Below are positions 25,801 through 36,505 of a stretch of 64,000 nucleotides of DNA, in pieces. This stretch comes from Phoronis australis (taxonomy: Eukaryota; Animalia; Phoronida): contig NMRA01000028.1 in the NCBI GenBank assembly GCA_002633005.1, positions 1 to 64,000 of the forward strand, read 5' to 3'. Numbering within the stretch: the stretch's first letter is position 1; each line of letters starts with the position of its first letter. Made by a program: the position numbers and the translations under genes. The notes under the pieces were generated by a model, which was given only the letters and a program-made list of their open reading frames with translations, had not been told where the DNA came from and searched no databases.

Positions 25801-28800
25801 CTAGTGGCAGTTTTGTTTTTGTTGCGCCTATGGCTGTATCTCCTAAACCATTCGCAGGATCTTTACTTAATTTAGCAAGTGTATTTATATGATGTTGACT
25901 ACGGATGACGACGACTTTCGGACAAATCTGACTACTGCTGTGCTCCCTATTGGCAATTTAAAATTTTTTATGTTTAACTCAGTATCTTCAAAGGTCCTCA
26001 ACAGATTTTCATAAAATTTTAAATATACAGACATCTATTGGTGTGATGACGCTATCTTTCTGTTTTTGGATGTAATTGAGGTATTTTACACCACCTAGTG
26101 GCCATTTTTTGCTGTTTTCAAGTCTTGTTTTTGGTGTCCACCCCTGTATTAACCAAATCATTTGAAAATTGGCATATATGTTCTCAGTGTGAAGATGACC
26201 TTTGACAATGGTGAGTCACTACTGTGGTGCCTCCTTGTGGTAGTTTTGTTTTGCGCCCATAGTTGTATCTCCTAAACCCACTTCAGAATCTTTATTAAAT
26301 TTAGTAAGTGTATTTATATGAAGATAACAACAGACGACGACGACTTTCAGGCGGATCCAACGGACACTGTGCCCATTAGTGGCAATTTCATTTTATTCTG
26401 TTTTCCTTTGTTTCTCTGAAGTTCCTTGACAGATTTTTATGAAATATGGCATGTTCCTGTTTTTGAATGGATTGTATGTTTTTGTGCCATTTAGTGACCA
26501 TTTTTATGATACAAATAAATAACCGTAAAAGCACACCATTTGCAATGCATTTGTGGGCGCATTTCAATGCTCCGCGTTGCTCTTGTTAGAAGAGTCGCAA
26601 TCATATCAGCCAGCATTACTTTCTTGAACTTAAAATATCACTTACAATTTTAAAAATATATAGTTTTCATGAGTTTATAACTATTATTAATACCATTGTT
26701 ATTATTGCTGTTGTTATTTTCTACAGTTATTCAAGAAATGTGACTCTAGGCAACAAATATGGTCAAATTAATGTTATGTTAGCTGTGACACTTCGTAGTA
26801 TGGAATAATGTTATGAAGGATGCTTTTTGTATGTACAGTAGCTGATGCATTGTTGGTTATTTAGTACATGGATAACTCTTTGTCTAAGATTTCATTTGTG
26901 AGAATCTATTGCTACCGCTGTACTTAGTTGTTCAAAAGAATATGGTATTGTGTTCACTTTGATATAAATGATTATTTCACTTTGATCGCAGATTAACAAA
27001 CTACACTTGTGCAAGCCTCTTATCAGAGCCATTGACAGTTTACCTATCAAAGACAAGTTCTCACTCTCTCAGTTAATAACATACAGGTCAGTATTTGTCT
27101 TGTCACATGCTTTGTGTTCTTATAGTACTTGATAACATTGTATTCTGACACTTATTGTAGTTATTGGGGTCCCTTTTCTGGACTTGTTTTTTTTTTGCCT
27201 CTCTATCAGCCAAACCACTCTGAGGATCATTTTGAAAATTGTGCCCTCTATAGTGAAGAGCACAGTTGACAGTTATACTGGGACAGCTTCAACTTCTGTG
27301 GGTTCCTCTAGTGGCATGTCTGTGTCTGTATCTGCAAAACTCTCTGCCTCTGCAAGATCTTTGTAAAACTTGGCAAGTTTATGAATGTGATAACGGATGA
27401 GGATCAGTTTCGGATGCATCTGACTACCACTGTGCCACTCAGTGGCAATTTTAGTTTTCCATTTTCCTATGTATCTTTGGAGTTCCGTGCGTATTTTCAT
27501 GAAATTAGGTTCCTATTAAACAGATGATAACATCTTCCCATTTTTGGATGGATTTGACCTTTTGTACATAAGGTACTGGCCATTTTTATTATTTTTTCTT
27601 GATTGTTTTTAAGGAGTTCACCTCAGTGTCAGCCAAACCACTCTAAGGATCATTATGAAAATTTACTTGTGTTTCTTTTGGTAAGTTTATGGCTGACAGT
27701 GATTTTTTGGACAGGTCCAACTGCTGTGGCACTCTCTAGTGGCAGTTTTATTTATTTTTTGCCTTTAGTTCAATATCTACCAAGTTTCTTGATAGATAGT
27801 CGTTAAATTAATACATGATTTTATTGAGTGCAACTTATTTATGTAGATTTCGTATCCGATCTGACTACTGTGGAGTCCCCTGGTGGCTATTTCATTTTTC
27901 TTTGACTTTTGATAACTGTCCAATTCCATGACGGATGTTCATAAAATTTAGCAAAAAAGTTGAGCTATCATATAGATAACAGCACCAGCCCTGTTGCTGT
28001 TTGATTGACGTACGTTGTGCCACCTAGTGGCCTTTTATTGTTTTTGTGTCTGTTCTTTGCTGCCCGCCTCCCTATCTGAACTATTCGAGGAATCATGACG
28101 AAAGGTGACGGGTGCATTGCTATTTAGGAGAGCTGACTTGCTGTGCACCCCCTAAAGGCTATTTCAACTTGACTAGCATTGCTGCCTTTTGTGGGGATGT
28201 TTAAAATGATGATCATCCGTTATATCAGTGTTGTATTTGATGCACACGGTGGGCATATATTAGCACTCCGCATTGCTTTTGCTTTCGTTTAGTGAATTAG
28301 TGTGTCTAAAATTCTGCCATTTTTTATCCTTTGTGTTTGGTGTGAAAGTTTGATGTTAGTTTGTTTAGAATTACAGCTGTAGATTAATAGTGTGCCACTC
28401 ACGATATTCGTCTGTAGTGTAGTTTTGTTCCTGCAGGTACTATGTTGGCAGAAAGGCTATGTTCGACAGCGATTTTAAAAGTGGTAAGTTTTTTCATGGG
28501 TGTTCATGTCGTCATTATTTTCTCAAGCCTTGTTTTTCTGGTTCAGATATTGTGTTTAAACTCCCACAGTCTCATTCGATGTCTAAGCCTACAAGTTGTG
28601 TTTATGAATCAATATAATTTGAGCAGCAGTGCCATCTATTATACTTTACCTATCATGTTAGCTGAAGGCAAGTGTGACTCACCTCTAGAGAGTAGCTGGA
28701 ATGACAGGGCATGACATGGAAACTGAGATGAAAGCAATGCTTCCAACTGTAAAAAGTACTTCTTGTTGTTATGCGGCATTTTGTAAGTTGAAATCTCATG

Positions 28801-31800
28801 ATGTTTGAACAATGATAATTGCCAAACATGTCTTTTTCATTTTTCAGAGGTGTCTCACATTGCTTTGAATGCCTGCAATTTCTCAGTACATTCTCTGCTC
28901 ATGGTTATGCTCAAGAACTTAAAAATGATTAAGCTTCTATTTGTCCACCATATTTGTTAGACATCACCACAGTGATGACTGAACACAGCATTGGTCTTAT
29001 TCTATAACTGCTTCCTCTTTCAGCTGAAGAGTATTTGACCTTTGCCTTCCAGCGATGTCACAGGTCAAGCAAACGGAATAAACGAATGATTCTCATCTAC
29101 TTACTACCTGTAAAAATGCTCTTGGTAGGTTATAATGTAAAACAACAGCATACTCTTGCACTCTGTTACATGTATCAACTTTAAAGTTGCGAAGTACTAA
29201 CCTTCTGTCAAAAAGTTTATAACGTTTTGCAGTTACAGCTAGTCTCAACTTGTTCCTTACTTATGGTTGACAAGTCACAATTATGTAGTCAAGTTATGCA
29301 CTTAGGACATTTTGACCTTCGGATAAATGTTGGTGATGACTGCTTGACGGTGCTTTGTTTTAGGGTCACATGCCAAAGATAGAGTTACTCAGGAAATATG
29401 ATCTTATGCAGTTTGCCGAAGTAGCCAAGTCAGTCAGGTAAAGAGTAAAGTCACAAGTCATGTCTGTGTGTGTTATAGTGGTCTCTGTGTTGGGTACTGT
29501 TTAAATGTTGACCATTCAATTCGCCCTCTGCAGTAGAGTTGTCTCCCTTTTCTCTAGTGCTCAACACCATTGGGATACCTGATGTTCTCAGCAGCTCAAT
29601 GGAGACAAGTCGGGTAATCACTGAATGGCAACATTCTTTGAATGGCAGGTACAAGCCAAAAGTATTCAGACAAAATGACCCAGAATTCCCCCCCATCATA
29701 ATGCCTGGGCAAAAACCAAATAGGCCTTTTGCGAGTTTATAACAATAACGCGAGATTATGTGAGACTTAACTGTGACGTCACGGGAAGTGGGGCAAAAGC
29801 TTGTCGTTTGGTCATTTGCCCAATACGGTAGCAGAGTGTATTCTGTTATTGTCTTCGAGTTTTTAGCCGTTTAGTTCGAAAAATGTCCAAAAGCATTGCT
29901 GTTATGGCAAATGAACTTCAGATTCGCACTACAATACGTTCTATCGCGTTCTGTACTAATTTCGTCCCGTGTATTTTAAACGGGCGGTAGGCGAAATCCG
30001 CTCACTGGTAAAGTTTTCACCTCNNNNNNNNNNNNNNNNNNNNNNNNNNNNNNNNNNNNNNNNNNNNNNNNNNNNNNNNNNNNNNNNNNNNNNNNNNNNN
30101 NNNNNNNNNNNNNNNNNNNNNNNNNNNNNNNNNNNNNNNNNNNNNNNNNNNNNNNNNNNNNNNNNNNNNNNNNNNNNNNNNNNNNNNNNNNNNNNNNNTG
30201 TCTTGTACTGTACTGTTCAATGAAATTTATTTACTAAGTCTTTCAATGGCATCTATATTTTGAAATGAGGAGGCAGTGTGGCCTAGTGTGACAGGTCCTC
30301 ACTTTTTTATTCGAGGTCATGGGTTCGAGTCTTGCTGGGCCACACTGCTAGACCATTGAGTCAGGTTTATAGCTCCTAAGTTTGGTTTTTACTATATATT
30401 AATAAAGCACAAAAATGGTTCCAGGTGATCAGTGCAATGGGCCAACATGAGCGGTCTGCGCACGCCTGGTACAATATGTACCAGATTGCCTGAAAATAAT
30501 TTTTACCTATTTTGACGTACGAGTATGGTTCTTTTTTTCCTCAGAGTCTTCATTTTATCAGCACAATGAGCTTCTTAATGGTATTTATTTGCTTCGCTCC
30601 AGCACTGAAACGCCTCTGTCAGACCCATTTACGCTGCTGAGCAAATTCACTGTGTGCCTCATTGTCATTCACTGCATAGCTTTCCTTCATAACAGAAGTA
30701 GGACACTGGAATGTTGAGAATTGATGGCGCAGGTCTAGATTTTGAAAGTTACAATGAACCATCAGTTTATTTTGTGGATATTGATTCAAGTCCCTGGTTT
30801 TTTATTCTGTAGTGATAAAGCAAATTTGTTTTTGTTTTCAGCTGTGGAAATCTATTGAAGTTGAACGAAGCATTACAGCAGAACGAAGCATTCTTTATCA
30901 AGTGTGGCATCTACCTGATTCTGGAGAAACTGAAGATAATCACTTACAGGAACCTGTTTAAGAAAGTGTTAGTATGGTTCTGCTGCATAACATGAAGTAC
31001 CAACAATGCCACTGCAAACAAGATGATAAGTTAAGATGACTATTATACCAGATTAGCAAGTAGATAACAATCAATATTGTAATGATCACAGAAAACTGTG
31101 CAAAATGTTCATTGACTGTGGGCTTGCTTTTATCTCCACTTTCAGTAGTACTGTCCTTTGACTTGAAGCATGTGGATAACATTCAGCTTGGTTAAAGTTG
31201 TTATTTGGTCATTTTGTTAATGGTGTGTTACAACATAATTCGGTTGATGTCAAACCTCTTTTTTAACCTAGCTTAGGTTGTTGGAAAACTTTGTGGCTGA
31301 TGTGCGCTTGATAAGCATGGTTTTTATGAGCCCATATACTCCTAAGTGGGTGCATAGTGCTGTCAACTCTGCTTGAGCGTAAGTGGGTGCATAGTGCTGT
31401 CAACTCTGCTTGAGTATCTGCCGTATCACCTAAACCCCTTGGAGGGTCTTGATGAGATTTTGGAGATGTGTTCCTATGAAGCTGACGACAGATCAGTTTC
31501 GGATCAATATGACTGCCACTCTGTCCCGTATTAGGAATATATTATTTTATGTTTGCCACTGTATCTTTTGAGTTCCTTGATGTTTTGTTTTTGAAATTTG
31601 GCGAAGACATTTCTGTTTAGGAGACAACAATGCCATTCCATTTTCGGATGAATTTGAAATATCTTATACTACCTAATGACCATTCTGATGTGCCTTTATG
31701 TTTATATTCATATGAAAGCATATCGTTTGCAGTGCAGCCGTGGGTGTATTTCAACACTGCGTTGCTCTTGTTTAAAGTGGAATTTCGAAATGTTTGTTAC

Positions 31801-34800
31801 CCACTTGCTGATGCCAAGGTTTCTAAAAGGCTGAGAAGTAATGTTGTAACCAGTAACAGGTCTGGATTCTCTTTCTTGTTGTCAACTGAAGACACCCCAA
31901 TACTAATCACTAACAGTTCATCCTTATGTTGTCTTCAGATACTTGCTATTTAAGACACACCAGTACTAATCACTAACAATTCATCCTTTTGTTGTCTTCA
32001 GGCACTTGCTATTGAAGACACACCAGCTGCCAATGGAAGCTTTTGTTGCAGCTTTACGTATGATGGAGGTTGAGGACATTGACTCTGACGAGGCGGAATG
32101 TATCCTAGCTAACTTGATTTATGAGGTAGGCCAAATGTATAGTTGCAGTTACTAACATCAAGATAATATACATGCATATATGTACAATTAAGAGTTTGTG
32201 GAAGACAGAGCAAGCATAGGACTCCTGTCTTGAATTGAGTTCCCTTTCCCTAGATTCGGTTTTGAAAATGGCAGCTCTGGACAAATTTGCCAAAGCAATC
32301 TCTACAATGTAGCAAAAAACATTTTTGGTTAATAATGTATGTTTTTTTTTGAAAATTTAGTCACTGGTGCAGTATTTTAATTTTTAGTTGCTCTTTCAAA
32401 AAAGAAAATCCATCTGACATGAGCAAAAAATGATGCAGGATTTGTTCTTTTTTAATCATTGCTTGGCACATCCTGGTATTTCAACCTTGCTTACCCTTGC
32501 ATACATACCTTTATGCAGCTTTTCAAAACCCCAAAACTTTGAATGAAATTTATGTGGCCAGGCGATTTTTTGTTAATTTGTGATCACAGGTCTCAAAGTG
32601 AGTCTGGGGTAGATACCAGAAATAACAGTATGCGACTGTACTTCTATAAGCCTTATATAGGACAGTACTTGTTTAGGACTTATATTGGACAGTAATTCTA
32701 TAGGCCTTATATACAACAGTACATCTATAGGCCTCATATAGGACAGTACTTCTATAGGCAAAGTTAGTTTTCTTTCGCCACAGTAGGCTTTCGGTCTTCG
32801 TTTCACCATTAAGCCTATGACTCATGCCTTTGTTGTTGTGGGAATTCTGACGGAACGCGCTTGGAAATCAACTCTGGGCGATATTTTTTGGCTTGTTGAA
32901 CTGTTCCAAACCTGTTTCTATCTCAATTTCAAATTGCCGTCCATTTGATTTCAACTCCAGGTGACACCGGTTTCCATGTTTAGGATAAATGCGAATAGCA
33001 GTTTAGTCCATTGTTGCCAATTATCTACCACGGTTCGAAGAGATGTGAAAACCAAACGAACCACTTTCATCAATGAGTATCAGAGAAGTGAGACTCAGTG
33101 GCTATAAACCTGCGAAAAACATATTTTGATGTAGACCACTCAACATTTTTATGCACCCACATATTTATACGTGGACGCATTATGCCTTCACCTCCGTCCG
33201 TTCGTTCGGGCGACGTCCGTCTGGCGTCCGCTGCTCTATCTCCAAAACCCATTGACTTATTTTCATGAAATTTGGCACATATGTTCCATTCATGAATGGG
33301 ACAGCGTGAGCGAACTTTCGGTCGAATCCGACTACCGGTGTGCCCCCTAGTGGAAATTTTAGTTTTTTACGCTTACCTTTGTATCTTCAAAAGTCCTGAA
33401 CGGATTTTCATGAAATTTGGTATGTAGGGAACTATTAGTGAGATGACGTTATCTTCTTGTTTTCGGATGGATTCGACTTAGTTTGCGCCACCTAGTGGCC
33501 ATTTTTACTGTTTTTGAGTCTGTTTTTTGCGTCCACCCCTCTATCAACCAAACCGCTCAAAGGATGATTGTGAAAATTGGCATGTATGTGCTTACTATAA
33601 AGAAAATGGTTGACGACGATTTTCCGACAATTTTGACTGCTGTGGCGCCTCCTAGTGGCAGTTTTTTTTTTGCGCCTATGGCTGTATCTCCTAAACCGTT
33701 CACAGGATCTTTACGAAATTTAGTAAGTACATTTATATGATGTTAACAATGGATGACGACGACTTTTGGACAGATCCGACTACCGGTGTGCCCCCTAGTG
33801 GCAATTTAATTTTTTTTTGTTTACCTTTGTATCTTCAAAAGTCCTTAACGGATTTTCATGAAATTTAAGATGTAGGCACCTATTTGTGAGCTGACGCTAT
33901 CCTCCCGTTTTCCGATGGATTTGACGTAGTGTGCGCCACCTAGTGGCCATTTTTACTGTTTTTGAGTCTGTTTTTTGCATCCACCCCTCTATCAACCAAA
34001 CCACTCAAAGGATGATTGTGAAAATTGGCATGCATGTGCTTACTATGAAGAGGACGGTTGAGGATGATTTTCTGACGATTTCCGATTCGACTACTGTGGC
34101 GCCTCTTAGTGGCAATTTTGTTTTTGTTGCGCCTATGGCTGTATCTCCTAAACCGTTCGCAGGATCTTTACTTAATTTAGCAAGTGTATTTATATGATGT
34201 TGACTACGGATGACAATGACTTTCGGACAGATCTGACTACTGTTGTGCCCCCTAGTAGCAATTTTAATTTTTTTACGTTTAACTCAGTATCTTCAAAGGT
34301 CCTCAACAGATTTTCATAAAATTTTAAATATAGGCATCTATTGGTGTGATGATGCTATCTTACTGTTTTTGGATGTAATCGAGGTATTTTGCACCACCTA
34401 GTGGCCATTTTTTGCTGTTTTCAACTCTTTTTTTTGGTGTCCACCCCTGTATCAACCAAATCATTTGAAAATTGGCATATATGTTCTCAGTGTGAAGATG
34501 ACCTTTGATGATGGTGACTGACTACTGTGGCGCCTCATAGTGGTAGTTTTGTTTTACGCCCATAGTTGTATCTCCTAAACCCACTGCAGGATCTTTATTA
34601 AATTTAGTAAGTGTATTTATATGAAGATAACAACAAATGACGACGACTTTCAGGCGGATCCAACGGACACTGTGCCCACTAGTGGCAATTTCATTTTATT
34701 CTGTTTTCCTTTGTTTCTCTGAAGTTCCTTGACAAATTTTTATGAAATATGGCATGTTCCTGTTTTTGAATGGATCGTATGTTTTTGCGCCATCTAGTGG

Positions 34801-35698
34801 CCATTTTATGATGCAAATAAATAACCTTAAAAGCACACCATTTGCGATGCATTCGTGGGCGCATTTCAACGCTCCGCGTTGCTCTTCTTAGATTTGTGAT
34901 TGCAAGGCTTTATGAGAACTAACTGTTCATTAGTGATCGAGTTTTGGCTTTACAAGAGTGCCATTTTATGCTGCAAGCAAAGTCTCAGGGAATAAAGAAC
35001 TTTCAAAAGTTTCTTTTGAGTGGATTGTAGGTGTATTGCTGCTTTAACGCATCGATTTTAGGTAATTTATGATATTACTATCATAACATTTTATGAGGAA
35101 TTCAATTTCAGAAGCCAAGTAAGAGTTTGAAAAATTGCCAGTTTTTGTCCACGATATATGAATTTATTATAGCCATTGTTTTGTTGCTATTGCAGCTATT
35201 GCTTCACTCCATACAAAAGGACCTTAGTTAAGTGTACCTGATAAATAGGCTTCTTGATGGCAGAGGTTCTTGTACAAATCTTGATGAAGTACAAGGTGCT
35301 GCGAAAGTGTCTTAATTTTTTGTATCCCCCAGATTGCATACAGGAGTGGAGACAGTGCAGGTCACTGGTTTGGGCTCCAGGATCCCATCTGAGTGAGCTG
35401 GATTACACTCCTGGCTACACTGGCAGACAATAAAGGACTGCAAAAGTCTCTTCCACTGCTCTGGGCCTGGACTTATGGATATAATGTCTTAAAACAAATA
35501 CTGGGCAAGAGCTAGTTATTATTGAAAAATGATTGTATGTCAAAGAATTTTCTTCAGTTCAGATTCGCATTGTATGCCAATTGATTTGTCACATTTTGCT
35601 TGTTTCAGAACAAAATCAAAGGCTACATATCTCACCAACACCAGAAACTGGTCGTTAGTAAACAGAACCCATTCCCACCACTCTCAAGTGTTTTATAA
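19780..35698 (+). CDS. PCID2: PCI domain-containing protein 2 (TREX-2 subunit, CSN12-like), 13 coding exons, 399 aa
   Basis: Join 19780-19815, 20805-20846, 21280-21401, 21708-21870, 22202-22305, 23175-23250, 26992-27086, 28437-28483, 29024-29124, 29364-29437, 30842-30967, 32002-32125, 35609-35698. All introns are GT-AG, phases are consistent, and the total is 1200 nt. The translation ([12 protein letters not shown]...[13 protein letters not shown]...[33 protein letters not shown]...[13 protein letters not shown]...[26 protein letters not shown]) matches vertebrate PCID2 as I recall it. Confidence 0.97.
20805..20846 (+). CDS. PCID2: PCID2 coding exon 2 ([14 protein letters not shown])
   Basis: Acceptor ttttcag, donor gtaagt, phase 0-0. 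Confidence 0.9.
21280..21401 (+). CDS. PCID2: PCID2 coding exon 3 ([16 protein letters not shown]...IAGHMR)
   Basis: Acceptor tttttccag, donor gtgaac; conserved [13 protein letters not shown]. Confidence 0.96.
21708..21870 (+). CDS. PCID2: PCID2 coding exon 4 ([14 protein letters not shown]...HKEENWALP...LDLRLFANS)
   Basis: Acceptor attccag, donor gtaagt. Confidence 0.96.
22202..22305 (+). CDS. PCID2: PCID2 coding exon 5 (AEIQLSKKG...[18 protein letters not shown])
   Basis: Acceptor tttgcag, donor gtatgc. Confidence 0.96.
22474..22905. repeat. 28-bp minisatellite, 15 full units plus a partial unit (PCID2 intron 5)
   Basis: aactaat(g/a)aaccac(a/g)actctcaaattg(t/c); unit starts at 22474, 22502 ... 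22894. Confidence 0.95.
23001..23148. repeat. Degenerate ~38-40-bp tandem repeat, 4 copies
   Basis: aagttgtcc(c)aactg.t....g.acacat repeated. Confidence 0.75.
23175..23250 (+). CDS. PCID2: PCID2 coding exon 6 ([25 protein letters not shown])
   Basis: Polypyrimidine tract ending ccag, donor gtaagg. Confidence 0.97.
24431..25306. mobile_element. Non-autonomous element with a large terminal palindrome (Crypton-like organisation; family uncertain)
   Basis: Near-perfect palindrome 24435-24598; ttataccaca/tgtggtataa inverted pair (24599 and 25296); small palindrome gttatctcactagtgagataac. Confidence 0.45.
25146..25214 (+). pseudogene. tRNA-derived sequence (SINE head or tRNA pseudogene)
   Basis: A box TGGTGTAGTGG and B box GGTTCGACTCC at tRNA spacing; the anticodon stem around CT-AGC-AA does not pair. 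Confidence 0.65.
25309..26587 (+). mobile_element. DINE-1/HINE-like element, copy 2 (PCID2 intron 6)
   Basis: 5' tttttatgtgcccac...gtggacgcat (subterminal IR plus partner), GTCC microsatellite, internal repeats, 3' gtgggcgcat + hairpin caatgctccgcgttg + ctcttgtt. Confidence 0.85.
26992..27086 (+). CDS. PCID2: PCID2 coding exon 7 ([16 protein letters not shown]...QLITY)
   Basis: Acceptor tcgcag, donor gtcagt. Confidence 0.96.
27190..28290 (+). mobile_element. Older, degenerate copy of the same HINE-like family (PCID2 intron 7)
   Basis: Diverged cctctatcagccaaacc...aggatcattttgaaaatt and ctagtggca subunits; 3' gtgggcatat...cactccgcattgctttt. Confidence 0.65.
28437..28483 (+). CDS. PCID2: PCID2 coding exon 8 ([15 protein letters not shown])
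   Basis: Acceptor cctgcag, donor gtaagt. Confidence 0.96.
29024..29124 (+). CDS. PCID2: PCID2 coding exon 9 ([33 protein letters not shown])
   Basis: Acceptor ctttcag, donor gtaggt. Confidence 0.97.
29364..29437 (+). CDS. PCID2: PCID2 coding exon 10 ([24 protein letters not shown])
   Basis: Acceptor ttttag, donor gtaaag. Confidence 0.96.
30024..30198. other. Assembly gap (175 N) in PCID2 intron 10
   Basis: Run of n; no coding exon is missing because the CDS is complete. Confidence 0.99.
30270..30345 (+). mobile_element. tRNA-derived SINE head, degenerate
   Basis: A-box-like TGGCCTAGTG (30279) and B-box-like GGTTCGAGTC (30322). Confidence 0.5.
30842..30967 (+). CDS. PCID2: PCID2 coding exon 11 ([11 protein letters not shown]...[22 protein letters not shown])
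   Basis: Acceptor ttttcag, donor gttagt. Confidence 0.96.
31320..31773 (+). mobile_element. Short related HINE-like element (PCID2 intron 11) with an internal 37-bp tandem duplication
   Basis: 5' tttttatgagcccat...gtgggtgcat; taagtgggtgcatagtgctgtcaactctgcttgag twice; 3' gtgggtgtatttcaacactgcgttgctcttgttt. Confidence 0.6.
31886..32026 (+). repeat. 63-bp tandem duplication covering branch point, acceptor and the first 25 nt of PCID2 exon 12
   Basis: tactaatcactaaca.ttcatcctt.tgttgtcttcag-..acttgctatt.aagacacaccag twice, plus a partial third copy (tgaagacaccccaa). Confidence 0.93.
32002..32125 (+). CDS. PCID2: PCID2 coding exon 12 ([14 protein letters not shown]...[10 protein letters not shown])
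   Basis: Acceptor tcttcag, donor gtaggc; a duplicated acceptor lies 63 nt upstream. Confidence 0.95.
32625..32760. repeat. Degenerate ~27-28-bp tandem repeat, about 5 copies
   Basis: ggacagtacttctataggccttatata variants. Confidence 0.75.
33146..34889 (+). mobile_element. DINE-1/HINE-like element, copy 3 (PCID2 intron 12), with one more ~450-bp unit than copy 2
   Basis: 5' ttttatgcacccac...gtggacgcat; unit starts at ~33330, 33778 and 34236; 3' gtgggcgcat + caacgctccgcgttg hairpin. Confidence 0.87.
35609..35698 (+). CDS. PCID2: PCID2 terminal coding exon 13 ([29 protein letters not shown])
   Basis: Acceptor tttcag; TAA at 35696-35698. Confidence 0.97.
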   Translation, partial: NKIKGYISHQHQKLVVSKQNPFPPLSSVL

Positions 35699-36499
35699 CA
35701 GGGATAAAACATGTTCAGAGCATGTGAGACTCCAGGATCGTGACAACAGAATTTGGCACCTGTCAAATGACTCTGAGCTAGCATAATTGTCCGAGTGATA
35801 ACTGCAAAGTAACGCCATGTTCCTGTTTTGGTTTTAAAGACTTCTACGTACTTTTGGAACTAAGATTAAAGGTCTAATCTTTGTTCTCAAACTCATAATT
35901 ATTTTTGTTGTTTTCCGTTCTACTTTTTTTACGAATTCATAGAAGACTGTGAGTTATGCTGCGCATGAGTACACTCTGCCTTATGCATGAGTTTGTAGTC
36001 CAAGTTTACACTTGGTGCTTGCTGCAAACTTTAGTAAAAGTTTGAAATTTTGAGTTCACAAATTTTTAGACTGCTAGGGTCATCAAGTGGAAACTAGAAT
36101 TAGAAAATTATCCACATAAGCCATTATGTATTCCAGCAAAGACTAAATAAGTGGACACTTAACGTGAGTTAGCACAAATTTACCGGTAAGTACAATACAG
36201 AAAGTCAAAAATAATTGGGAATTCGATTTTGGAAGATTTGACCCTGGGTCCTCAACTTTTCTGTGCCTTATAAAATGTTTGGTTATCTAGGTTATGTAAC
36301 TAGGTGAGTTCAGAACTAACAAAATTGATTCACCAATTCAGATATATGAACCAGCTGTTCTACAGCTTTTAGACTTGGTGCAAAGATAAACGATGAACAA
36401 ACGCTGACGAGTGTGGGATAACTACTTTTCTTTCCAATGTTTTGTAAATTATCTGCCAAGTGACTCAGTATTGACATGGCAATTGTTTATTTGCAGTCC

Positions 36500-36505
36500 A
36501 TTAAA
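36500..36505 (+). terminator. Candidate PCID2 polyadenylation signal (ATTAAA)
   Basis: About 800 nt after the stop; followed by a T/GT-rich tract near 36567-36585. Confidence 0.35.
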
